Assembly: GCA_028534125.1 (NCBI GenBank)
Contig: CM052817.1
Coordinates: 89,840,001 to 89,904,000, forward strand
Direction: 5' to 3'
DNA: 64,000 nt
DNA from: Lama glama
Lineage: Eukaryota
Of this stretch, positions 1 through 12,875 are shown piece by piece. How positions within the stretch are numbered: the stretch's first letter is position 1; each line of letters begins with the position of its first letter. The notes beneath the pieces are model-generated. The model had not been told where the DNA came from, searched no databases, and saw only the letters and a list, made by a program, of their open reading frames with translations. Both the position numbers and the translations under genes were made by a program.

Positions 1-1204
1 TAGCACATACCTCATAAAATTACTGTATTTAATTTTTTTTAATGTAAAACATTCAGTACCTGGCACAGATATATTCAATAAATACCTATTCCCTTCTTTC
101 CACCCCAACCTTTTCTTAGCTAAGAGCCAGAAGGTGAGGGTTGTAGGGATACTAGGTAAACATATATATTGGTAATCCCTAAACTAAGACAAGAGGCCCT
201 AAAGAACTATAATCGTCAATTTACCTTAGAAGTGCCCAAGTATAGTTTATCATACTAAACATGTCTAGATTATTTGTTTTAACTATATATAAAGTTGATA
301 TTCTTTCTTCTAAGAAGTAGATTCACTATAGTGACCTTTTTATATATTGAAATGTTGGAGTAAAAAAATTTAACTTCTCTTCTCTGGGAGTTTTAAAACA
401 AAATCCTAATGAAAGGGAATGAAATAGAAAGTTAAAAACCTAATCACCCTCCATATACTACCAAAAATCTGACTCTCAGACACATCATCCAAAGTTTCAT
501 TAATGTGGCTTTCATTTTTATTATCCTCCATACTCAGGGAGTTCCCAAAAAGTCCAAGAATAGATACAATTTGATCACAGATCATAGAGTAACTTCAGCA
601 AAAATGTTTTTTTAAAAATCAAAGACACAATGCAACTAGGCAACATAAAGAAAAGTAAACAATAAGGCTGTCATTTTTAATAAGATGGCAAAGACGTTGA
701 TACTCAGTGAATCAAGTATACCATCAATAGTCCATTTTCTCTTCTCTTTCCTATCTATCCCTCTGTTTCAACTCAAAGGTAATCAGATAACTTCCTTGGG
801 GAACGTGGGTCATGGAAGAGGGTTTCCTTCCTACTTATACCAGATAAAATGACCTCCATCACTGGTACCATGACTAAATTTTTTATTGCTATAAAACAAG
901 AGACAAGACATTAGAAATTGGTAAGAAATTCTTCATATACCACTTTACTCTTGAGATTCATTGACACATCTTTCTGTGAATTTCTTGTGCCTATTTTCAA
1001 ATCTTTTACTTTTCCTAACAAAATAATTAAAGTGATTTAGCAAAAGAACAACCTGAACTCCATTTCTCTTCTAACAATGGATTGGACAGGCTCTGGTTCT
1101 GTACAATGCTGAAGAGATATTCAGGGGGCAGTTGATACTGAGTGACATTCACTTAGCATATAAAATATGCCAGTGAAATTGGACTTCTGCTCCTTTATTT
1201 ACAC

Positions 1205-1270
1205 TCTCCTTTCCCTTCCTCCCTCTCCCTCTCTCTCTCTGTCTCTCTCTGTCTCTCCCCACCTCCACCC
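1205..1270. repeat. Imperfect (CT)n / pyrimidine-rich microsatellite
   Basis: ctctcctttcccttcctccctctccctctctctctctgtctctctctgtctctcccc seen directly. Confidence 0.8.
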
Positions 1271-1669
1271 CTTTGAGGCAGTATCTTAAAAGGTGTTGGG
1301 AGCAGGATGTTTACATACAATAATGTCTTTGTTACAATACAACATATCACTCCTATAAATTCCCTCAGGATGCTGGGAATCAACTAAAACCCTGGTCTAG
1401 AACAATTATTCTTAAAGAAAAGTCTCTTTGATCTGAACTGTGAAGAGGGGGAAGGGGAATTTCTAAGCTAGACCCATCCTTCCAACTGCATCTCTTAATT
1501 ACCACTTTGCTCAGATTTCTTAAGGGGTACAATTACCTCATTGCTATGCACTCCCCATCTCAATGTATGAATAATCTTACATTGTAGTGGGAAAAAAGTC
1601 AGATGTATCACTAGGCATAGAAGAGCTAGAAAACTAAATAAAACGCAATTTTCATCTAATAAAAGCTTA

Positions 1670-1760
1670 CAATGACCTTGAACAACTCATTAAAACTCAC
1701 TGTTAATTGTCTCCATCTGAAAATGAGGGAGTTTAACTCTGACCTCTAATATCCCTTCAA
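1670..1760 (+). mobile_element. MIR SINE core fragment
   Basis: tgaccttgaacaactc...ctccatctgaaaatgaggga resembles the MIR core (tgaccttgggcaagt...ctcatctgtaaaatgggga). Confidence 0.55.
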
Positions 1761-3859
1761 AATATTGATAACACTTAAATTATATCATTAAATTTCAGTA
1801 TCTTATATTGGCAATTTTCTGAAATGATTTTCTTTGCTTTGGTTGAAAATTCATACTAAGCCAGAATTTTTTTCACATATCCTAGTATTTAACAAGGGTC
1901 AGTCTCCAGTAGGGACAAAAAAGCATGGCATATAGAACTAGAATTTAATGTTCAAATCAGTCAGATGTTTAACTCAGTGTGCAATCTTTTCTCATTTCCC
2001 AGTCTGATTTGAAGCCTTCATTTTCTGCAGCCAATGCCACTGGGGAATTATTTGAAGATGTGAAGAAGACAAAGAAGAAAATTTGGTATTTATTAGTTTA
2101 TGAGACTATGCTGCTAGATGAAAATTCCCACAGCATCATTGCCTCCACCAACACCGCATTTTCCCAGATGTGTGTTGTTGAATTTGAATGGAATGAAAGG
2201 AGCACTTTGACTCTGTTCTTTCTTATTTTATTTAAAGAAAAAATCAATAGTTCTTTTCTGAGAGTTAAGGAAAACAAGAATATAGATTATGATGAAAATA
2301 TTTCCTACAAGGGCTTTTTGAAGGTCATAATCTCATATACATGAATATATATGAAAATTTGTTATTTTTATATTTATCACACAAGAAAACTTTTATAGTG
2401 ATAATATACACAACATGTATATTCAAAACATGAGACTAGTTATATAGTGATAAATTGTTCAGTGATGTATGTATTTTAACCTTCATAGATACATATTTTA
2501 TATTAATTATTGAAGTGACAAGAAAGTCATAAAAATTTGCTCCACTGTTAGGATCAAAAATAACAATTCTTATATAATTATGTTTAAATAATTAAATGGT
2601 ACGTTGCTGGAAATGGAGCATTGAGGGGAGAAGTGTGTTCCAGAAACTTTTTTAGAAGGAGGAAGATTAATCGTCTGAATTCTTAACTGTGAGCTTTATA
2701 ACAATTTTCTATTAAGTATGTACATATTTATAAAGAATGTATTCCATAATATATTTATCCACTATTAATACTCCTTCAAAATATTTTTTCACATACATGC
2801 ATGTGTGAGAGCAAGAATAACTTATTTAAATTTCTACAAAGGACTTAAAAAATATTCTAATGATATGAACTTACACCAAGCTAAAAATGAAAACATTTGT
2901 ACATTTTTAAATGGTACTAAAGATTAAAAACAGGTTTGTAAATAGCAAAGTGAAATATCTAGAGTTTGCAAGATAAAATATAGCATAGTAATCCATCTAT
3001 AATTTTAATTTTCTTTTTTTAAATGGTGTGTAACAAATAATTCTACCATTAAAATTAACCTTCTATATAGAATCATGCTAAAGGATGCCATAAAGGCATT
3101 ACTTGATATATTTGCTACATTTTTCCCTCCATTGTTTTTGAAAAGATTTATAGTTATTTCTCTATTCAGCCAGCAGATGTGAAGTGATTTCAGGATGATC
3201 TGTATCCATCAGAAGTGCCACATGTTTCTTATTTAACTCCATTTCTGTGGAAACCTGAAGACACCTCATGAATCGTCTTTCAGTTTCCTGAAGAAAAATA
3301 ACTTTCATTATTTTGGCATAAGACACCCTTAGAATGTCCTATGTCAAGAATAATTACAATTTCACTTTTCAGCATCTCTCCTGCAGTATATTGACTGTTT
3401 AAAGGAGCCTTGCTGTCTAGTGTCTGATAATTGTGTTCTTGAGTATATGAACTGAGTGAATCTGAATCAAACCAGTTAGAGCTCTCCATGTGAAAGTATA
3501 AAGGTGTAGAAATGTACATATTGAGACATTCATATATTTACTTCATGACTATTCTACTTATTAAATAGAGGTTACTTTGACAGACTAGCTCAAATGCTAT
3601 GTCTATAGAGAATAAGAAAATGTATCTAACTACATGGTTACCATGGTGTTTGCAAATTGAGTTTTAACAGTTACTATCATTTCATGAAAACAAAGTATTA
3701 GATTAGTATTTGTCCTAAAGACTTTTGCAAACTGTAAGGGTGACAAAGGAAAGTTCATATGAAATACTGGAAGAAACAAAGACAGTTCATACAAAGTTAT
3801 ACCAAACTTCTCATTATACCTGACCTCACACTCCTTTTCCACAACTACCTGCCATTTTA

Positions 3860-4152
3860 CAAGTGATCCCTCTGCCTGGAAGTTTTGAGCTATTTCTCTT
3901 TCCAGGCACTATTCAATGTTCTTTTTCCACCTGTAGCATTTCACAACATCTGAAGGTTGTTCTTCCATAGCATTTCCTCTATACCTTAGCTGTGATATTT
4001 ACCACACTGCATGTTAATTTTACATTTATTTTCTTGTTTCATTACATTTAAGCATGTTGAATACAGTGACATCTTATCTGTATATACATTCAAAAGGGTT
4101 TTATATAAAGTTCATCCACAAAAAAATGCTCAATGAATGAATGATTGAATGA
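3860..4152 (+). mobile_element. L2 LINE 3' end relic
   Basis: tctgcctggaa... ending in gctcaatgaatgaatgattgaatgaa, the typical L2 (TGAA)n tail. Confidence 0.55.
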
Positions 4153-5084
4153 AGAAAAATATACCCAACAGCATCTTTACATTAGGTAAACTGAAATCTC
4201 TGCTTTTAGTGTCAGTGTCAGAATGGGTAAGGAGATTTCCACCAGTTCTTAATTCAGATATGGATGGCAAATTGTAAAGAAATTCACACAGAAATTATTA
4301 TAGTATTATACCATATCTCTGTAGAAAAACTGTTCCCATTTTATTTATTATTTGATTTGTAAAATTGTAGCACTTACCAACAGGGCAAACAAAAAAGAAG
4401 CTGGACTTGTCTGGGCAATATAATCTAATAAATGTGAAACACTTAAAATACAACTGAAAAGTCAAATGAAGGCGCCACTGGTGAGAAAAAAATGAAAAGA
4501 ATTTAATGGCTAAATCTTAAAATGAGTATTGAAAAATGAAAGGTTTTTAAATTAAAGAATTAAGAATTTAGAAGTAACATAACAGAATGGAAGAACACAT
4601 GGAAAGTAAAGTTTATTTAAGGAAGTCTAAGGTGTATTCCAACAAAGTGAGAATAGAAAACAAAGACTAGCTTTTATCAACTAGCATGTAAATGTAAGGG
4701 CTTAGATGAAAATAGTACCTATTTAATCAAAAAAGGAAGAAGAAATTAAGATCCTTATTTGAGAAAAAAAAAAAAACAGATGCTAGTACGAACATATCAG
4801 AAGTAAAAAGGTAAGTCCAGATAGCTTTAGGGTTGCTTTTGGCCCATGCTATTTCTGTGTAGAGATTGGTATTATGGTAAGATGATTCCAAATAAAGAAT
4901 TTTCAAGTGATACAATTTTTAGGAAAGCTAACAAAATCAGTCTTTACTTGCTTATTTTGAGGAAGAGTTTACAGATATAAAGAAATATCGATGTATTTGA
5001 AAGACTCAGGATAAAGAAAGGATGTGAATATTTGAAGTGATTGTTGAAAGTATATACCTGAATATATGAATGTTATAAAGGAAA

Positions 5085-5305
5085 GAACATAAAGTAAAAC
5101 AAACATAGACAGAAACAGACTTACAGACACAGAGAACAAACTTATGGTTACCAGGACTTAAAGGGGGTGGGAAGGGATAAATTGGGGATTCAAAAATTGC
5201 ACCTCTTGGGAAGTGATGGAAATGTTAGCTATCTTGACTGTGATGGTGGTTTCATGGGTGTATACATCTACCAAAATTTGTCAAATTGTACATTTGAAAA
5301 AGAAA
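5085..5305 (+). mobile_element. Short L1-derived element (3'UTR portion joined to an older-type L1 terminus)
   Basis: agaaacagacttacagacacagagaacaaacttatggttacc... (L1 3'UTR, similar to 11100-11170) followed by gtgatggaaatgttagctatcttgactgtgatggtggtttcatgggtgtatacat...gtacatttgaaaaagaaa. Confidence 0.7.
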
Positions 5306-6589
5306 TATCCAAGTGAAGGGGTTAGACAACTTTCAAATGAGTATAGAAGCTAATCCTGATAATAAGTGAGCATAGTGGGTTATACCTAGGGTATCATTGA
5401 CAATTAGTGCTAGAATGGTGAAGACAAAATTAAACATAAAGAAAAAAAAAGGAAGAGAGGAAACAGAACTTTAATATGTGGGCAAAAGGGCTTAACTAAT
5501 GTACATACTTATTTAATTCTCACAGCACTATAAAGTAAGCACAGGTTAAGGCTGAAGGCCACACAGTTACCCACACAACTGGATCCTCTTATATCGCTGG
5601 ACACATAGAAATGGTTAAGGAAAAAAAGGCTCTCTGTGGCTTATCAAAATTCAATCATGAAGGATAAGAAATTAAGATATAAACTATCCAGAACTATCAT
5701 AAGCTCAAGTGAAGTTTTTGTTCTGGACTTTTTAATTTAGGAGAAAGCCAAAATTGGTGAATATCTGAAGACAAGTAGTCATTTGGTAATAGAATTCTGG
5801 GACAAGAGGGAGTAACTATTGTTCTCACAAAAATAGTTCTTGAAAATCTACAGTTATAAAATAGAGAAAAGTTTGAAAAGAAAGAAAATTCAAAGGCTTT
5901 GCAATTTAGTCAGAGAAAAAAGTTTTATAGCAAGACATTCAAAATGCTATCTCATATCTAAGCATGGGCAAGTCATATTGCCGAGGTATGTAAGAAAGCC
6001 AGCTCCAACAAGGATTCTATTTTTATAAAAAACAAAACTGAAAACAACATAAAAATGAACAAGCAATTCCTGGGTTTTGGTGATAAAGTAGATGATTCTG
6101 AAAACTGTTCAAAACAATACTAGCTGAGGTTAACAGGTTTGCTGGAAGGTTGGAAGTTAGGAAGTGAGCCAGCCAATTTTATAGAGGTATACGATTAATG
6201 ATATACCAGAAAATTCTCCAGGGTTATTTATGTTTGTTTTGTTGTTGTTGTTGTTGTTTTAATTGTCAGCAGAATGTCTACATCAGATGCCAGCTTCCTT
6301 CATCTCACTGAGAACTTTCCTGGAATAATGTTTTTTTAATAGTTTACTTCCTACTGATAATCAAAACCATTAAACCAAATTCTATTATATTGAAGTAGAT
6401 GATGACTGGTAGTAACAATTATTTGAATTTTGTAGCTTTGTTAAACATTCCGAGGAGTTAACAAACTTTTATTAAGGGTTTAGGCATTAGAAATAGTTTA
6501 AATCATGATTTCACCAGTTAGTATCTAGAAAATTTAGTTCCTTAAAATGTAAAATGAACAAAATAATGCCTACAGTGTAGAGTGGTTCT

Positions 6590-6835
6590 TAGAATTGAAA
6601 GGACATGTAAATCTACTTGAATAGAATTTGTTACATGGTAGATGTTGAAAAAAATGACACTAACGGCTTGAAAGCCAATTGAAATGATACACATTTCAGC
6701 AATGTCAGCAACATTAAAATGTAATTTTGAAAAACGTGTAACTGTGACTCTCACCTAAATATAATATGAATGCATTTCAAATATTTATTTTAACTCATTA
6801 ATTAATGAGGGAGCATGAAAGATGTTACATCTGGT
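6590..6835 (+). mobile_element. Probable ancient hAT-like DNA transposon remnant
   Basis: Degenerate transposase-like text; shares a 24-bp block with 11460-11483; family not established. Confidence 0.3.
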
Positions 6836-7401
6836 CAATGTAACCTATACCAAATGTAACCAATGTATCCTAAAAGCAGACGCAAACATAAGTGAACAGA
6901 AATACTGAAATAAATGTGCTAACAGATAAAAGAACTTGACTCTTCCTCAGGGTTTGTGAAAATCAACTGCACCTTCACTAGTCAATATGCATCCGTATCT
7001 ATATGAACAAAAAATATCTGCATCACTACCAGTTATCTACAATATACAACATTCTAAAATAGCTCAAATGTAATACAAGAGATAAGCAGGATCTGTGCAC
7101 TAAACAAGACACAGTAATAATTTCTGCCCATTTCCATTTGTCCATTCACACTTATTTTTCTGACAGTCTTCCCACCTTATGTTCATCATAATATCAAAGA
7201 AATTTTATTATCAGTCACAGAAAAATAGACTTGTCTTGTTAAGTTTGATTTGGTTACTTACATAGGTCCAGTAAGAGTTTTCACTAACCTTGAAGGTTTC
7301 CTTTAGAGTTCTTTTTCAAATCAAGTGCTATCGAGTACCGAACAACCCACGAGGCTACAGAATTCATTTCCATCCAAAATTTTTCATAAAAAATTTCTGA
7401 T

Positions 7402-8250
7402 GGTCACTTCCAGGCAAGATGGCGGAGTAGAAGGACGCTTGTAAGTCACCCTCTCCCACAAATACACCAAGACCCACATCTACAGACCCACTCAGCCAAC
7501 CAGAGCACCTGCGGAACTCCAACAGATCATCGCCCTCTTCAAAAGATAAAGACNNNNNNNNNNNNNNNNNNNNNNNNNNNNNNNNNNNNNNNNNNNNNNN
7601 NNNNNNNNNNNNNNNNNNNNNNNNNNNNNNNNNNNNNNNNNNNNNNNNNNNNNNNNNNNNNNNNNNNNNNNNNNNNNNNNNNNNNNNNNNNNNNNNNNNN
7701 NNNNNNNNNNNNNNNNNNNNNNNNNNNNNNNNNNNNNNNNNNNNNNNNNNNNNNNNNNNNNNNNNNNNNNNNNNNNNNNNNNNNNNNNNNNNNNNNNNNN
7801 NNNNNNNNNNNNNNNNNNNNNNNNNNNNNNNNNNNNNNNNNNNNNNNNNNNNNNNNNNNNNNNNNNNNNNNNNNNNNNNNNNNNNNNNNNNNNNNNNNNN
7901 NNNNNNNNNNNNNNNNNNNNNNNNNNNNNNNNNNNNNNNNNNNNNNNNNNNNNNNNNNNNNNNNNNNNNNNNNNNNNNNNNNNNNNNNNNNNNNNNNNNN
8001 NNNNNNNNNNNNNNNNNNNNNNNNNNNNNNNNNNNNNNNNNNNNNNNNNNNNNTAACTCAGATTTTCACATTTCATGTACTTGCATCTTGTGAACTTTCA
8101 GATTCTGAGATATAAGCCCTTTTGTAATGCTTTATAACATCTCTAAAACTACTAATAATGTAGAATTATTAATCATCTACATGTTATGAAATCTACTACC
8201 TTCTCTTACTCTCTTTGCATCAGGAAATTCTGAGCCCACAAAAAAAAAAA
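7402..8250 (+). mobile_element. L1 insertion: intact-looking 5' end, body lost in assembly gap, A-run and 14-bp TSD
   Basis: Starts ggtcacttccaggCAAGATGGCGGagtagaaggacg (YY1-type motif at 7415-7425, typical of L1 5' ends); AAAAAATTTCTGAT at 7388-7401 and 8245-8258; A11 at 8240-8250. Confidence 0.75.
7554..8053. other. Assembly gap (500 N)
   Basis: Run of N. Confidence 1.
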
Positions 8251-8259
8251 TTTCTGATT

Positions 8260-10915
8260 ATACTTTTAAATACCTCTATTTACTTGCTATCCAGAGAACG
8301 GGAAAACAAACCCAAGAAACTATCTCCAGCAGATTTCAACTACAGTGCCTATAAATTTGAGTGAATTCTTCTCTTCCAGAGATCCTCAAAATTTCCTAAG
8401 ACTCCTAGCCTGTCAAAAATGTATCTTCCTTACCACTTAGAAGACCCAGCCCTGTAAGCCAGGTATAAGGCCAGTTTTCCTAACAGAACTTGGTGTGCAC
8501 TGGCTCTGTCAATAAAGCAATCAAGCATTGTTACTGAAAACTGGCTTGTCTTGTCACACCTGATTAAATAAGAATCATTCCTAAATATAACACTCCGGAT
8601 ATGGCTGTGATTACACAATCTGTCAATTATGTACTGGTAAAAGATTCTTACAGAACTGATGCAATCTATTTTAATTTTCCATAAAAAGTAAGGAGACTCA
8701 GATTTCATGAATTCTGGGAGGTCAGTGAGAACCAGATTTTTAAAAAGTATTATTTCAAAGTATAAACGTGGAGTTACTAAATTGCAAATAGCTTAAAAAA
8801 GAAAAAGGGCTTCCATTTACTGGAAAATAGTACATTTAAACAACATCAACAATATTGCAAATAAATAAAAACAATGTGTTTTCTCTCATCACTTCATTCA
8901 ATCCTACATAATTAGTTTTTGTTTGGGTTTTTTTTTTTTTCTGTTGGGTTTTTTTTTTCTGCTATGCCACCCATCTACTTGCAGGTAGCTAACTTTTTTT
9001 CTGGACTGAAATGAGCCCTAGAAATTTTGATTCTATTCACGAGTATGGTCTGAAAGTTATCTAAGTGATGTCTACTCAAAGCTTCTATCCATGAATTGAC
9101 TCTTCGGTGTCAATAGTTTGAAGTGCCTAAACCTAATGCAGTACTTTTGCAAAAAGCTCAAAAACACATTTTCTGAGCCACAGAATGTGGCAGAGTCTTC
9201 AAGAAAGCCTAACAGGAAAACAAAAACTATCTGTAGGTGATACTGGATTAATTTCTGATTGTGGTTAGTTTATTTCTATCAGCAATAATATCAGGACAGA
9301 GGAGAGTAAAATTCTTTATGGCAGCACAGAACATAACTACCTTATAAGAGTTTTGATCAGTGCTTTCCCTGAGGGTAAATACATATTATGGAAAGAAGCA
9401 TATTGACAAATCTCCAGAGTCTTCCCATAATGCATACAGTTTCTAAAATATTTATATTAATAATGCTTTATCTCTACAAACTTTGGGAAGACCGAGAATA
9501 TCTTCTTATCTGACAATTTTCTATGCAACTCTTACAATAATGTCAAACAAATCTATGATTTCTAGCATCTCCCTTTATATAATGAGAAAAAGGAAGTATG
9601 TATGATTTTCCAGTAGTGTCCAGACAATCTCAAAAGACAATTTTAAGGGGACTTTCTATAAATTTAGTGTATATTTTGGAAAGATGAAGTCAAAAGAGTT
9701 GTCAGAGATTTGGGCACTTGATTAGGATAGAATTATGGTTGCCTGCAAAGCAAAAGTTGGTTTTGTATCTAATCAAAGTGACAAAACATTTTAAGAGAAC
9801 ATAAAAAATAACACAGTTGTAAAGAACTTTTCCAAAGGTGAAAAAACTTTGTTTTTTTTCCTCCTCTAAGTAGTAAATAAAATTATAAATTCAGCATAAG
9901 ACACAGAAAATTAATTTGACACAACAAAGAACCTCCATCTAGGCAGACTGCATAAAATTGAAAAATACCTCTACTATTGAACCTAAATGCACTAATTAGA
10001 AACTCTGGACTTAAGTTCACTCCCAAATTGAGTAAATCCAAATGCTATCCTTCATTATGTCCCTTCATTCTCTGGAACCAATGGACACATTAGGATAGTA
10101 GTTCTCTCAGGGAGTCTGCAATAATTATTGTTATTTATATTAAAATGTAATGTGTTCATTATCACTATCTTCAAACAAACCAATAAGTATTAACAATATC
10201 AGTTTCTATTTCCAATACTGTAAATAAAGATAGTTAATACAATAAACGAAAGTTCTTTGAGGGCCACAAAAGTTCAGAGACTAAGAAGCCTGAGAACTAC
10301 TGCATTAGGAAAAACTTACACTCTTCTTTTGATAAACAAAAACAGACACACATTGTATTCCTTTGTCACCAATATTCCTAGTATGAATTCGCAACTTTTA
10401 ACAAACATAATGACAATTTCACAGAAAAAGCAAGGGATTGGATAAATGAGAATTGTCTTACTAGTAGCTCCATGAACATACACAATAAAACTTTCTAAAG
10501 TCACACATAACGCTTTCACACATTCATGACCTAAAGCTATAGCCTCTCCATACAATATTAAAGTAAAAAGGTATACAGAATCAAAATTATGCTTAGTAAC
10601 CGGGCTTTGGTAATCTATTTTAGTTACAATTATTTAGGTCTCCAATAAGTATCATTAATTAACTTAAGGTAATACCAGGCTGAGGTTTTAAATTATATAA
10701 GATCTCATAAATTTCCTTTGAGCTGACATACTACAAACATAATTACCGTAGAAATAAAAAGTTGAACAAAATAATTATTCAATTTGGTATAACAAATTTA
10801 AATTTTTCTTAATGTTAAATATAACTCAAGTAATTATTGCCTTATTTGATCAGTACGATTATAAAAGTTTGGGAAAACAAACCCAAGTAGAATAAATTAT
10901 ATGCTTTTATTACAC
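8260..10915 (-). mobile_element. Degenerate ERV1 (MER4-group-like) internal sequence
   Basis: Passages such as gtcacacctgattaaataagaatcattcctaaatataacactcc and gtcaataaagcaatc...gttactgaaaactgg resemble reverse-strand non-autonomous ERV1 internal sequences; no ORF; boundaries approximate. Confidence 0.45.
10096..10302. mobile_element. hAT-Charlie-type MITE (207 bp) with TIRs and 8-bp TSD
   Basis: Termini TAGTAGTTCTC / GAGAACTACTG; perfect TSD CATTAGGA at 10088-10095 and 10303-10310. Confidence 0.9.
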
Positions 10916-10929
10916 TTAACAATAATAAA

Positions 10930-11387
10930 TCAGAGAAGAGATCACTGAAACCTAGAACTGTTTTTTTGCAAAGATAAACGAAATTGATAAACCTCTAGCC
11001 AGACTCACCAAGAAGAGACAACCCAAATAAACAAAATAAGAAATGAAAGAGAAGAAACAAGTGATACCACAGAGATGCAAAAGTCATAAGAGAATACCCC
11101 AAACAGATATACACCAACAGACTTACAGATACAAAAAACAAACTAGTGGTTACCAGCGGAGAGAGGGAAGTGGGGAGGGGTGCGATAGGGGTATGGGATT
11201 AAGAGATACAAACTACTATGTATAAAATAAATAAGCAATAATGATATATTGTATAGCACAGGGAATTATAGCCATTATCTTGCAATAACTTTTAATGGAG
11301 CATAATCTATAAAAATACCAAATCACAATGCTGTGCACCTGAAATTAATACTGTAAATCAACCATACTTCAATTAAAAATTTAAAAA
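10930..11387 (+). mobile_element. Internally deleted L1 (ORF2 piece fused to 3'UTR and A-rich tail)
   Basis: 10930-11098 encodes degenerate KINEIDKPLARLTKK...QINKIRNE; 11100-11387 is an L1 3'UTR ending cttcaattaaaaatttaaaaa. Confidence 0.85.
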
Positions 11388-11444
11388 TGGATAAACTATT
11401 AAAAAGGATAAACCATGACCCTCATACAGATAGAAAATGAACAT

Positions 11445-12010
11445 ATGTCAACATTTTTATTTAACTCATTAATTAATGAGGGAACAAGTAAGATACTGGA
11501 AAAAGTTCAAGAGAAAATTGAGAGATTCATATTAAGTAATCAGGAATGTTGAAATGAATTTGATCAATAGATGGAAAATTGACTTCTTTGGGAGGGAGAA
11601 GAAAGAAATCAATAGTACCTCTACTGGAGAAAATTTATTTTACTTGCCTATGAGGAAATCATATCCATTGCTACTATTTATATACAAATTAGATAACATA
11701 GCTAAAAGATAGTGAAGGATGAATGAGACAGAACACCCATTGATCTTTTTTGTACATTTTAAAGTTATTCACAATTATTCCTGAATTTATCACTGAGAAT
11801 AATTTGCCAAATTGTTCCCATTAAATGAACTGATCTCTAATTTTAGATAAAGAACAAGTGAATATAATCAACAATGTTCCCAACAGAACCAATCATAATT
11901 CAATGAAGAACTTAATGAAATTTATAAAATTGCAGATATTCAGTTTATTGAAAAATTGGATGTGGTAGAATGCAATCAGAGAGAAACTTTATTATTCCTC
12001 ATAACGTCCT
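11445..12010 (+). mobile_element. Probable ancient hAT-like DNA transposon remnant (second piece)
   Basis: Shares TTTAACTCATTAATTAATGAGGGA with 6789-6812; degenerate coding-like A-rich text. Confidence 0.3.
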
Positions 12011-12184
12011 CTTTCAGTGCATCCTATAGATTGATATTCTGTCCTAACTCTAAATGAAATCTCAAGAAAATCTCCTAAATTTCTGGTTCCTTTAAATTAA
12101 TATAAGTATCTGTTAGTTTTACATCAAATCTTTAACTTCTCTTCAAGTCTACAATTTCTCTCTCATCAGCTGATAAGCAATCAA

Positions 12185-12875
12185 GGGAAGGGAAATGCAT
12201 AGGTGTTTTGTCTTGAGCTCCTGCCCCACACCATGGCTCTTTAGGGAACCCCTCAAGATGAAGCAAGAGGAGTGGGGCGATATAAGGGTAAGAAGGTCTC
12301 ACTTACCTGGAACAGGTTGTAATTCAGCACTAGTACCATTTGGGTTTAGTATATGCCAAAAAAAAAAAGCTAACTCATTCTCTTGTGAGACCTTCTTCAT
12401 AGTTGCATAGCTTCCTGGAGTTCCTGAATTAGTTGATGGTATTCCTTCTGTCACATGGTTGTTATGTCCCCATCACTCATGCACTGACTCTTACAGTCCA
12501 TGCTAGACTTCCAGTCTTTCCTGTGGAGGTTACCTCACTCCTGGTTGGCAGTCCTCTTGGAAAGGGTACTTTAGTATGGTTCACTGTTGGCACTTTGTTC
12601 AGTATTCTTCTCTAGCACATGGAAAAACCAGTACCTCTGCTTGGCAGCCAATGGAAGTGCAGCTCTCTCTCAAAGCAGTGCTTTTGATGTTGTTGCAAGG
12701 AAACCAGCTCTGGTCACTTGCATTTAAACTTTTCTGACTTGAATAAAAACTTGGTTCACTGAAAGTTCACTATCATTTAGCTTGAGGTAAAGAAGAGATA
12801 GTGCCTCACTATACGAGGTTAGAGGAAATCCACATTATACCAGCAACTCCTTCTCTCTAAAGACCACCATTACAA
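12185..12875 (+). mobile_element. Possible ancient LTR relic
   Basis: GC-elevated block with AATAAA near 12742 and ending ...cattaca; family uncertain. Confidence 0.25.

Noticed and set aside
7492..8076. 194-aa ORF, the longest in the track
   Set aside because: Consists almost entirely of the N gap
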